Source: an uncultured Chitinophagales bacterium
GTDB lineage: Bacteria > Bacteroidota > Ignavibacteria > UBA10030 > UBA6906
NCBI GenBank assembly: GCA_964495695.1
Contig: CAZBWR010000001.1
Location: 77,909-141,908 of the forward strand
Reading direction: 5' to 3'
Length of the DNA: 64,000 bases
Shown here: one piece after another, positions 18,659-26,682 of the stretch
Position numbering within the stretch: position 1 is the stretch's first letter
Layout: the number at the start of each line of letters is the position of its first letter
Program-made: the position numbers and the translations under genes
The notes under the pieces: generated by a model
What the model was told of the DNA's origin: nothing
Database searches by the model: none
Seen by the model: the letters and a program-made list of their open reading frames with translations, nothing else

Positions 18659-19567
18659 ATGTCCACGCGCATGACACTTACCGAGGAATACCGCAAGTCC
18701 TTAAAAATGGCAGAGGCCGAAGAGTTACTCGACCTCGTTATCTATCGTCCCATCGCCTTCGTTCTCGTGAAGCTGGTGTACCGACTGCCGATTACCCCTA
18801 ACCAGGTGACGTACGGCGCGCTTGTTGCCGGACTGATTGCAGCCTGGCAGTTCGCACTCGGCACGGTTGAAGGATTCGCGTGGGGAGCCGCGTGGTATGC
18901 AATCGCCAATGTGCTTGACTGTGGCGACGGGATGCTAGCCCGCCTTCAGAAGAGCGGTACGCCGCTCGGCAGACTTGTTGACGGCATTGTTGATTGGATC
19001 TCCAGTGTCGCAATTTTCTTCGGGCTAGGAGTAGGGCTCCACGCCTTCACCGGCAACCCGCTCGTTTGGCTCCTCGTTTCAGCCGCAGGTGTGCTTTCGG
19101 GGTACCATGCCATGATGTTCGATAAACGGCAGCAGGAGTATATTTCTGCAGTACGCGGAGAGAAGAGTTTCATTGAAAGGGAACACGAGAAAATTGAGCA
19201 GGAATTGAACAAACTTACCGCCGGCAAGGCTAATCCCTTGCGCCGGCTTGTTCTTAAAACGTACTTGCGCTACATGAGCGTGCAAGAAGGAACATCCCCC
19301 AGCGACGCTGCAGCCGTGTTCTATCCGCCGGAAATTTACCGCAGGGAGAATCTGCGTATCATGCGGTGGTGGACCTGGCTCGGTCCGACAACCAACCGAA
19401 CTTTGTTGATGGTTGCGGCGTTGATAGGCCAACCCGAGTGGTTTTGCTGGATTGTTGTAATTCCTGCAAATGCCTATCTCCTCGGTATGACGCTCTGGCA
19501 ACGCAGAATAACATGCCGTCTCGACGGCATTGTTGGCTCTAACAGCTCAGTGGTAACGGCCGCGTAA
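18659..19567 (+). CDS. CDP-alcohol phosphotransferase family membrane protein (copy 1)
   Basis: Start trimmed to the ATG at 18659 (18671 is also possible). Signature D-x2-DG-x2-AR-x8-G-x3-D-x3-D is LDCGDGMLARLQKSGTPLGRLVDGIVD. Multiple TM segments. Confidence 0.8.
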   Translation: MSTRMTLTEEYRKSLKMAEAEELLDLVIYRPIAFVLVKLVYRLPITPNQVTYGALVAGLIAAWQFALGTVEGFAWGAAWYAIANVLDCGDGMLARLQKSGTPLGRLVDGIVDWISSVAIFFGLGVGLHAFTGNPLVWLLVSAAGVLSGYHAMMFDKRQQEYISAVRGEKSFIEREHEKIEQELNKLTAGKANPLRRLVLKTYLRYMSVQEGTSPSDAAAVFYPPEIYRRENLRIMRWWTWLGPTTNRTLLMVAALIGQPEWFCWIVVIPANAYLLGMTLWQRRITCRLDGIVGSNSSVVTAA

Positions 19568-19623
19568 GTATTCAGAACTTAGCCCCGGCATCAAACTCTC
19601 CAATCATAACCGCAAGTAATCAT

Positions 19624-20682
19624 ATGGGTCAGATTCTTCTGGATCGCAACGAAAACCAGTTCGGTCCCTCACCCGCGTGCTACGAAGTATTGCGCAGCGC
19701 TAACCTCGAACAGCTCAGCTTCTATTCACGGGAGTTCGCTCGGGGGAAGAAAAGTCTTCTCTCGGAACGCCTATCTGATCGCCTGGGGATTCCCGAAGAG
19801 CGGATCCTTCTCAGCTACGGCAGCGAGGATATGCTCAAGCAGGTGGTGCACTGCTATCTCCATAAAGGGGAGCGATTGCTCCTTCCCCAGCAATCATGGT
19901 GGTACTACAAGAAAATTGCCAAGGAGGTGTTGGGTGATCACGTCGAGTATCCTCTTCGCGAGCAGGGCAACAGATTTGTGTTTGATGTCAACGAAATCCT
20001 CCACTTGCATGACAAGCACAAACCGCACGTCATCCTTGTCGCGTCCCCCAACAACCCCACGGGCAGCTCGATGCCGGCGGCAGATATTGCACGCCTGGTG
20101 AACCATTGCACGGGCTCCTACATCGTGTTGGATCAGGCGTATTTCGGTTTTGATGAGTCGGGCAGGGACGACATCAAGGAACTGCTGGATGCTCACGGAC
20201 GGCTCATCATTCTCCGTACGTTTTCAAAATACTACGCTCTCGCTGGCCTCCGCATCGGATACACATGTGTAGGACGGGAGATCAAACGACTCATCGAGTT
20301 CAGCGCCCGGTATCTCGGCTATAACCAGTTGACAGAGCGCATTGCTTTAGCGGCGCTTGAGGACGGTGAGTACTACCGCCGCATCACGTCGTCCATGAAC
20401 GAAAGCAAGGCAATGTTCATGGAGGAGTTTGCCAAGCTGAAAGGAATCAAGCCTTTCGCATCGGACGCCAACTTCATGATGATCCGGTATCCCGTTGAGC
20501 ACAGGCAGCAACTTGCCAACGGTCTGAAGGAGAGTGGCGTGATCGTGAAATTCCTTGACGATCCGGGAGTGAGCGACTGCATCCGCATCACAATCGGGAC
20601 ACGCGAACAGAACGAGCTTGTCATGAAGGCATTCAAAGATGTGACAGGAAGCCGGAGGGTGTTGGCCGAGGCGGTTCGTTGA
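19624..20682 (+). CDS. Class I/II PLP-dependent aminotransferase (HisC/CobD-like)
   Basis: NPNNPTG motif, and FSKYYALAGLRIGY containing the PLP lysine. Size (352 aa) is typical of the histidinol-phosphate aminotransferase / threonine-phosphate decarboxylase family. Confidence 0.85.
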   Translation: MGQILLDRNENQFGPSPACYEVLRSANLEQLSFYSREFARGKKSLLSERLSDRLGIPEERILLSYGSEDMLKQVVHCYLHKGERLLLPQQSWWYYKKIAKEVLGDHVEYPLREQGNRFVFDVNEILHLHDKHKPHVILVASPNNPTGSSMPAADIARLVNHCTGSYIVLDQAYFGFDESGRDDIKELLDAHGRLIILRTFSKYYALAGLRIGYTCVGREIKRLIEFSARYLGYNQLTERIALAALEDGEYYRRITSSMNESKAMFMEEFAKLKGIKPFASDANFMMIRYPVEHRQQLANGLKESGVIVKFLDDPGVSDCIRITIGTREQNELVMKAFKDVTGSRRVLAEAVR

Positions 20683-21401
20683 TTACGGCCGTTGTTTTAG
20701 CAGCGGGCATTTCGTCCCGCCTGCGCCCGCTGACGGACCATAAGCCCAAGTCGCTCCTCGAGGTCGGAGGGAAAACCCTTCTGGGAAGGAATCTGGACGC
20801 GCTGCAGCAGAACGGCATTCGCCGGTGCGTGCTGGTAACGGGATATCTGCACACAATGGTGGAGGAGTTTGTCCGTTCGGGCGGTTGGACTATGGAGATC
20901 GATTTCCTGCACAACCCTGTCTTCGAGAACACGAACAACAATTATTCGCTCTGGATCACCCGGCCTGCAGTTCTCGGAAACGACATGCTCCTGCTCGATG
21001 CCGATATTCTGTACGACTCCGCGCTCCTCGCCCGACTGCTCGAATCATCGCATGAAGATTCACTGATCATGAGACGAAGTGATTCACTCGGCCATGAGGA
21101 GATCAAGTGCGAACTCGATGGTGATGGCATAATCCGCAGAATCGGCAAGCAGATTGATCCGGCAAAAGCTGCAGGAGAGTCAGTCGGCATTGAGCGCTTT
21201 TCCGCAGGAACAACAGCCCGTCTGTACGACGTACTCTCGCGCCGTCATGTACACAATGAATTCTACGAGGCATCGTTTCAAGAAATGATTGACGGAGGAG
21301 TGCGCATACACGCGATCGAAAGCGGTGAACTTCCATGCGTCGAGATTGACACGCCGGACGATCTGGCAGTAGCGCAGGAACTCGCCCATCGCATCCGATG
21401 A
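20679..21401 (+). CDS. Nucleotidyltransferase (NTP_transf_3 / LicC / IPCT-like sugar- or alcohol-phosphate cytidylyltransferase)
   Basis: N-terminal VVLAAGISSRLRPLTDHKPKSLLEV nucleotide-binding loop. The TTG start overlaps the upstream stop (TTGA). Confidence 0.8.
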   Translation: MITAVVLAAGISSRLRPLTDHKPKSLLEVGGKTLLGRNLDALQQNGIRRCVLVTGYLHTMVEEFVRSGGWTMEIDFLHNPVFENTNNNYSLWITRPAVLGNDMLLLDADILYDSALLARLLESSHEDSLIMRRSDSLGHEEIKCELDGDGIIRRIGKQIDPAKAAGESVGIERFSAGTTARLYDVLSRRHVHNEFYEASFQEMIDGGVRIHAIESGELPCVEIDTPDDLAVAQELAHRIR

Positions 21402-22273
21402 CACCGCAGCGCTATTCCTATACCTCATCGATCAAGTCCGATGCTTCGGACGAAGTGATCAACACATGGTTGATCCGCCCCCTTGCGGGAATTTTCGTAC
21501 GTCTTGTTTTTCACACCCCCATCACTCCGAACCAGGTCACAATCCTTTCCACCCTCATCGGCTTGCTCGCAGCATACCAATACCTTGGAGGGACGCCTAC
21601 TGCCTTTGTTGTCGCAGGGTTGCTGGTCACGCTGAAGGATGTGCTTGATGCGGCAGACGGACAACTCGCGCGGGCAAGACAGCAATTCAGCAGGCGGGGA
21701 AGATTCCTCGATTCAATCGGGGACTTTATTGTAAATGCGGCACTTTTCACGGCAATCGGCAGCGTGCTATACGCTCTTACCCGGTCGAGCCTTTACCCTG
21801 CCCTTGCGTTCCTCGGATTCCTGGGAATTACGCTCCGTGTGTCATATCACGTGTATTATCAGACGGCATTCCTGCATTTACGAAATGCTTACAAGGTCAA
21901 CAGGTTGACAGAAGAAATCCGTAACGAGGATGAGTCCGGGGACAAAATTGCTTTGACGTTGCAGAAGGTATTTCAATGCTTGTATGGTTGGCAGGACCGC
22001 CTGATGGTACGCATCGATACATGGTCCCGCAACGGCATTTCCTTCACGGATGAGGAGAACGTAAAATGGTACAGCGATACCACTGGTTTGCGTTTGTCGG
22101 GACTGTTGGGACTGGGAACGGAGATGTTCGTATTGATGCTCTTCTCCGTATTCAATGCGCTCGGGCTGTACCTTGCAGTAAACGTGTTCCTGCTGAACGG
22201 GATCTGGCTTGCCTCCATCCTTTACCGAAGATTCGTGCTTTCCCGCGCCGTTACAACGGCCCCGTCTCGCTGA
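21398..22273 (+). CDS. CDP-alcohol phosphotransferase family membrane protein (copy 2)
   Basis: ATGA overlap with the nucleotidyltransferase gene. Signature LDAADGQLARARQQFSRRGRFLDSIGD. It shares ITPNQVT and the overall layout with copy 1. Confidence 0.8.
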   Translation: MTPQRYSYTSSIKSDASDEVINTWLIRPLAGIFVRLVFHTPITPNQVTILSTLIGLLAAYQYLGGTPTAFVVAGLLVTLKDVLDAADGQLARARQQFSRRGRFLDSIGDFIVNAALFTAIGSVLYALTRSSLYPALAFLGFLGITLRVSYHVYYQTAFLHLRNAYKVNRLTEEIRNEDESGDKIALTLQKVFQCLYGWQDRLMVRIDTWSRNGISFTDEENVKWYSDTTGLRLSGLLGLGTEMFVLMLFSVFNALGLYLAVNVFLLNGIWLASILYRRFVLSRAVTTAPSR

Positions 22274-25200
22274 GCAGATTCTGCATAATGGATTTGTGCT
22301 GTTCCTCAGTGAGGCCGAGTTGATTGCGCAAGCGTTCAAGGTTGTCCGCCTCGCCCAGAGTGCGGTCACTCTGTCCCATGCTGTCGCGCAACGCCTCCGT
22401 GTAGGTTTCGAGTTTTACGGAACGCTCCATCACGGCATGATCACTATCGTTGATGTTCAGCGACGTGCGCACTGCCTTGAGCAGCGCCGTCTCTTCTTCT
22501 TGGGGCACTCCTTCCGTCCACATATGTTTGAGGAAACTGCGGTAGAGCGTGACAGATTGCTTTCGAAGTCGTGAACGCGCCTCGTTGATCACGCGCTCTT
22601 TCGATTCCTCTTCGCGGCGCCACATCGCGCCGCGGTTTGACCGTTGCTCGAAGACGCGCCGCGCTTCTTCCTTGCGCCCCAACTCATTCAGGATGTCCAT
22701 TTCGTAATCCTGTGCCCGGGTGTTCGACGGATCGATGGCATAGATCGTTTCGATTTCCGTGCGCGCCTTGTCGAACTGGCGCCGACGGTAGCATTCTTCA
22801 ACGAGCTTCAGCGCAGAATCGATTTTTGTCCTCCGGATCGAGCGTTTTTCTTCTTCTTCCCGCTCCTTTTGCATGTGTCCGGAAATTTCTTTCTGCAGTT
22901 CTTCCACTTTGTGGAGATGCTCTTCACGCCAGCGGCGGATGCCCTCTTTCCGCTTGAGTTGCTGGTGGCGCGCCTCTACAATCTCCATTTCGAGCCGCTT
23001 GGCTTCATCCTCCTCGGGATTGACGAGATAGATCTTCGTTACTTCCTTCATCGCCTCTTCGAATTTCCGCTCGGCCATATACTCCCGGGCACGCTCGAGA
23101 TAGAGACGAAGTTTCTTCTGCTGGGCGAGCCGGCGCCCCTCGGCAATTGCCTGCCGGATTGCCTCTTCATGATTGCGGGTGAGTTCCTCCTGCTCCAGCT
23201 TCATGCGCTCGATTTCCACCTGACGGAGTCGCTCGGCTTCCTGTTCCTTCCGCCGTTGCTCCTCCTGCAGCCTGCGCCCTTCTTCTTCGATGCGACGGGC
23301 TTCCTCTTCAGCCTGGCGGCGGGCTTCTTCCTCAATACGGCGTTGCTCTTCTTCAAGGCGTCTGCGTTGCTCTTCGGTAACGCGTTGCTGCTCCGCCTCC
23401 ATCTGGCGCCGGTATTCGGCCTCAAGCTTCTTTTGTTCCTCCTCCTCTTCCCTCAGTCGTCGTTCACGTTCGACGCGCTCCAGTTCACCTGCGGCTTCAA
23501 GACGCCTGCGCTCTTCCTCGAGCTTGGTGCGCAAATCCTCTTCGATGCGTTGCAGTTCCGCCTGCAGCCTTTCCTCGGCCTGATGTTCCAGCCGTACCCG
23601 CTCGACTTCAAGTTCGGCTTCTGCCTCACGCTTCATCCGCTCTTCCGTCTCGGTTTCGCTGCGACGGCGCTGGTCCTCCTCGGCCCGGACACGGGCTGCT
23701 TCAGCCTCCCGGCGCTCCTCTTCCTTCCTCAGGCGGTCCTCTTCCGTCCGGCCGAGCTCTGCTTCGCGTTCGAGACGTTTTCGCTCGGCTTCCAGCAGTG
23801 CCTTTTTCTCCTCGTCCAACCGTCTGCGTTCATCCTGAATCTGCCGGTGAATCTCTTCTTCACGGCGCTTCCGCTCAAGTTCGTCTGTTTTGCGCTTCGC
23901 TTCAAGTTCTTCCAGTTGGCGTTGGCGCTCCAGCTCTATGTGATGCTTCTGCTGATCGAGTTTTGCACGTAGTTCTTCCTCCACGCGTTTCCGTTCGGCT
24001 TCCAGTCTGGCCTGGGCTTCACCCTCAATCCTTTTTCGCTCTTCTTCAAGCCGGCGCTGGGCTTCCTGAGCGATGCGGATGCGTGCCTGCTCTTCCTGCT
24101 CACGTAAATCCTGCTCACGTTTACGGGAGGCCTCTTCCTCAGCTTGCTGACGCTTTTCTTCCGCAATGAGGCGTGCCTTCCGTTCCTCTTCGTAGCGCTT
24201 GCGTTCTTCCTCGAGCTTCCGTGTCGCCTCTTCAAGTTTGCGGCGGATTTCCTCTTCAGCACGGCGGTAAGATTCCTCCATCTCTTTCCGGCGGGCCTCT
24301 TCCGCCGCACGGCGACGTGTTTCCTCCTCGGCGAATCGGCGTTCTTCTTCTTCTTCCTGCTCACGGCGAAGTTGTTCCGCCCGGATGGCAGCTTCAATAA
24401 TCTCGCGTTGCCTCGCCAACTCTGCCTCCACACGGCGCCTCTCTTCTTCGGCACGTTGGCGAGCTTCCTCGGCAAGCTTGCGCTGCTCCTCTTCCTCCTT
24501 TCGGCGTGCCTCTTCGGCAAGCCTCAGCAGTTCTTCCTCCTCTGCACGGCGGTTCGCTTCCTCGGCGAGTTGCATCGCTCGTTCTTCGGCAGCGCGGAGA
24601 CGGGCCTCCAATTCGGCCCTGTAGTGTGCTACCTCATCCTCCGCCTTTCTTTTCGTTTCCTCTGCTTCGCGAATTGCTGCTTCCGCAATGCGCCGCTTCT
24701 CTTCTTCCCCTGCCTTGATAAGGGTTTCAAGCTCTTCACGTTGGCGGGCAAGCTCCTGATCAGCGATGCGGCGGGTTTCCTCGGCTACGCGACGGACTTC
24801 TTCTTCCGCCTTGCGCTGCGCTTCGATCGCGACACGCTGCCGTTCTTCCTCCTCCGCTTTGAGACGAGCCTCCATCTCTAAACGCTGACGCTGGATTGCC
24901 GACTCTGCACGCTGTTGTGCCTCTTCGGCTTTACGAAGCGCCTCCTCTGCAATCTGCCTCTTCTCCTCTTCTCCGGCCTTGATGACTGCTTCAAGCTGTT
25001 GGCGTTGGAGGATCAGCTCCTGCTCGGCGCGCTGACGTGCCTCTTCAGCCGCACGACGCTGCTCTTCTTCCTGCTTGCGCCGCTCCTCTTCTGTCCGACG
25101 GCGCTGTTCCATTTCCTCCGCCTTCTTGCGGGCTTCTTCGGCAACGCGTACGCTCTCCGCCTCGATCGCCTTGAGTTTTTCCTCAAGCTCGGCACGCTGC

Positions 25201-25853
25201 CGTGCACTTTCGGCATCGGATTTCTTTCTCGCCTCTTCAACCTTCAACGCCGCCTCAACCAATGCGCGTTGACGCGCCAGTTCTGCTTCAATCATCCGGC
25301 GCGATTCCTCATCGAACCGTTTCTGTTCCTCGTCTTCTTCATAACGGACGCGGCTTACAAACGACAGCGCACCATCGTCGCCCACTTCAAGTGTGACAGG
25401 TTCGCCGACAGGAACGGATTTTGATTTCAGATGGATGGTTTCGACCGATGTGGCGGCATGTGCGCCGTGTTCGCCTGTTCCATTTCCTTTGGCAGGAGAT
25501 TGTCGTTGCTGCCGCTCTTCTTTCTCTCGCTTGCGTGCCAGGAGTTCCTTTGCAGCACGGAGTTGTTCAGCACGGTCTGCCTGCTTTTGACCGTTGGAGG
25601 GTGATGCAACTTGCTGCTTCGGGGATGGTTGTGGTGCCACGTCGGTATGCCTCTTCGGGCTTGCCTGTTCCAAAGCGTATTGTACCCGTTCCCTGTAGGC
25701 GAGCGCATACGGGTTCTGAGGGTCCGCATCCATGGCCTGTTGGACAAGCCTCAATGCTCCCTCATAGTCAGCGACCTTGTAGAGCTTGTCTGCAAGCTTC
25801 AGGTATTCGCCGCTTTTCTTCCTTCTCTCGTGTGCTTCTTCAATCTCAGCCAT
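22251..25853 (-). CDS. Giant (1200 aa) charged-helix protein with TPR-like modules at both ends
   Basis: Single uninterrupted ORF. An N-terminal TPR-like unit (aa ~15-60) is followed by a P/Q/S linker. Aa ~171-915 are almost pure E/R/K/A/Q/L. Two further TPR-like units (aa ~915-960 and ~1010-1055) precede a ~100-aa C-terminal helical domain. No family was recognised. Confidence 0.8.
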   Translation of the reverse strand: MAEIEEAHERRKKSGEYLKLADKLYKVADYEGALRLVQQAMDADPQNPYALAYRERVQYALEQASPKRHTDVAPQPSPKQQVASPSNGQKQADRAEQLRAAKELLARKREKEERQQRQSPAKGNGTGEHGAHAATSVETIHLKSKSVPVGEPVTLEVGDDGALSFVSRVRYEEDEEQKRFDEESRRMIEAELARQRALVEAALKVEEARKKSDAESARQRAELEEKLKAIEAESVRVAEEARKKAEEMEQRRRTEEERRKQEEEQRRAAEEARQRAEQELILQRQQLEAVIKAGEEEKRQIAEEALRKAEEAQQRAESAIQRQRLEMEARLKAEEEERQRVAIEAQRKAEEEVRRVAEETRRIADQELARQREELETLIKAGEEEKRRIAEAAIREAEETKRKAEDEVAHYRAELEARLRAAEERAMQLAEEANRRAEEEELLRLAEEARRKEEEEQRKLAEEARQRAEEERRRVEAELARQREIIEAAIRAEQLRREQEEEEERRFAEEETRRRAAEEARRKEMEESYRRAEEEIRRKLEEATRKLEEERKRYEEERKARLIAEEKRQQAEEEASRKREQDLREQEEQARIRIAQEAQRRLEEERKRIEGEAQARLEAERKRVEEELRAKLDQQKHHIELERQRQLEELEAKRKTDELERKRREEEIHRQIQDERRRLDEEKKALLEAERKRLEREAELGRTEEDRLRKEEERREAEAARVRAEEDQRRRSETETEERMKREAEAELEVERVRLEHQAEERLQAELQRIEEDLRTKLEEERRRLEAAGELERVERERRLREEEEEQKKLEAEYRRQMEAEQQRVTEEQRRRLEEEQRRIEEEARRQAEEEARRIEEEGRRLQEEQRRKEQEAERLRQVEIERMKLEQEELTRNHEEAIRQAIAEGRRLAQQKKLRLYLERAREYMAERKFEEAMKEVTKIYLVNPEEDEAKRLEMEIVEARHQQLKRKEGIRRWREEHLHKVEELQKEISGHMQKEREEEEKRSIRRTKIDSALKLVEECYRRRQFDKARTEIETIYAIDPSNTRAQDYEMDILNELGRKEEARRVFEQRSNRGAMWRREEESKERVINEARSRLRKQSVTLYRSFLKHMWTEGVPQEEETALLKAVRTSLNINDSDHAVMERSVKLETYTEALRDSMGQSDRTLGEADNLERLRNQLGLTEEQHKSIMQNLLSETGPL
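23109..25343 (-). repeat. Low-complexity, quasi-repetitive purine-rich coding tract (E/R/K/A/Q helix)
   Basis: GAR/CGN/AAR/GCN codons dominate. Recurring peptide modules include ELARQR (aa ~191, ~367, ~478) and IKAGEEEKR (aa 291 and 380). There is no proline between aa 152 and 946. The tract generates long shadow ORFs on the plus strand. Confidence 0.8.
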
Positions 25854-26037
25854 CGGGGGAATACAGTTTCTACTCCGTGGATATGGATTTCTCTTCTACC
25901 TAAATGAATAAATTCAATGCCAGAAACATTATGCGCCATTACATTATTATCTAATGAACGGTCATAAGTCCTTGACGTTGTTCACACTTGAGGGGCTTTT
26001 TGAAGAGGAAAGTAAGGGAGGGCTTACGTTGTAAGAC

Positions 26038-26682
26038 TTAGTTCAGTTTTTCAAAAGGTATGTTCAACAATCGGTAATTTCTCCAATCTTTATAGTCAAA
26101 ATGCCACCACTCGTCGGCATTGACCTTGAAGCCCTCGGCCTCCATCGCTCGACGAAGAACAGCCCGTACAGTGCGCTGGGCCTCAGTTCCTCCGGGATAC
26201 TCTGCTGCCGCCCTTTCGGTGAAATCGTCGTATTCGCTCGGCATAGGGACTTCTTTGCCGGTCCTTAAATCGTACAACGAACAATCAACTGCACAGCCCC
26301 GGTTGTGCTTCGACCCCTTCTGGGGATTTGCAACATAGATGCGTTTGCTCCGGGGTGTTTCATCCCAGAATTTCTTCGTGACAGCCCAAGGCCTGTAACC
26401 GTCAAACACCAGAATCCCATACCCCGACTCCTGCAGATTACGGTGGACGCGAACCAAGGCTTCTGCGGCGGGACGCTGCAGAAATGCCCGCGCCTGAGTG
26501 TACATCCGCCGCTTCATGAAATTGTTGGATGTCGCGTAGCGGATATCGAGCTTGATGGTAGAATCGAGCTTGACAAGTTCGACCAAATCATCGGGAAGAA
26601 ACTCCCTTCCAGTCTCAGCAGGCTGACCTGCGGCGAGGGAAGGAATGAACAGAAGCAGCAAAAGAAACGCTCTCTGCACCAT
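26038..26682 (-). CDS. ddpX: D-alanyl-D-alanine dipeptidase (peptidase M15D, VanX/DdpX family), with signal peptide
   Basis: Motifs DIRYATSNNF, FDGYRPW, SKHNRGCAVD and EWWHF (zinc ligands and catalytic residues). N-terminal MVQRAFLLLLLFIPSLAAGQ. Confidence 0.9.
   Translation of the reverse strand: MVQRAFLLLLLFIPSLAAGQPAETGREFLPDDLVELVKLDSTIKLDIRYATSNNFMKRRMYTQARAFLQRPAAEALVRVHRNLQESGYGILVFDGYRPWAVTKKFWDETPRSKRIYVANPQKGSKHNRGCAVDCSLYDLRTGKEVPMPSEYDDFTERAAAEYPGGTEAQRTVRAVLRRAMEAEGFKVNADEWWHFDYKDWRNYRLLNIPFEKLN

Noticed and set aside
19624-20682. Considered annotating the aminotransferase simply as housekeeping hisC.
   Set aside because: This is not fully rejected. However, the gene is flanked by and translationally coupled to nucleotidyltransferase and CDP-alcohol transferase genes, not to his genes. 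A generic HisC/CobD-like call is therefore safer, and the context is reported as a finding.
22637-25903. Many long plus-strand ORFs (for example 22644-23972 at 442 aa, 24144-24881 at 245 aa, 24915-25424 at 169 aa and 25421-25903 at 160 aa), plus out-of-frame minus-strand ORFs (for example 23936-24520 at 194 aa), inside the giant gene.
   Set aside because: They are shadow ORFs created by the GAR/CGN/GCN codon periodicity of the E/R/K/A tract. Their translations are F/L/S/A/R-rich low-complexity strings with no protein-like features. The 1200-aa minus-strand frame is the only one that is continuous and has structured termini.
25854-26037. AT-rich 184-bp gap upstream of the giant gene, examined for a sigma-70 or Bacteroidota-type (TTG / TAnnTTTG) promoter and for a small RNA.
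   Set aside because: Several hexamers resemble -35/-10 elements (for example TTCATT ... CATAAT), but the spacings are non-canonical and no SD precedes the ATG. I cannot support a specific promoter call. The region most likely contains the promoter, but the position is undetermined.
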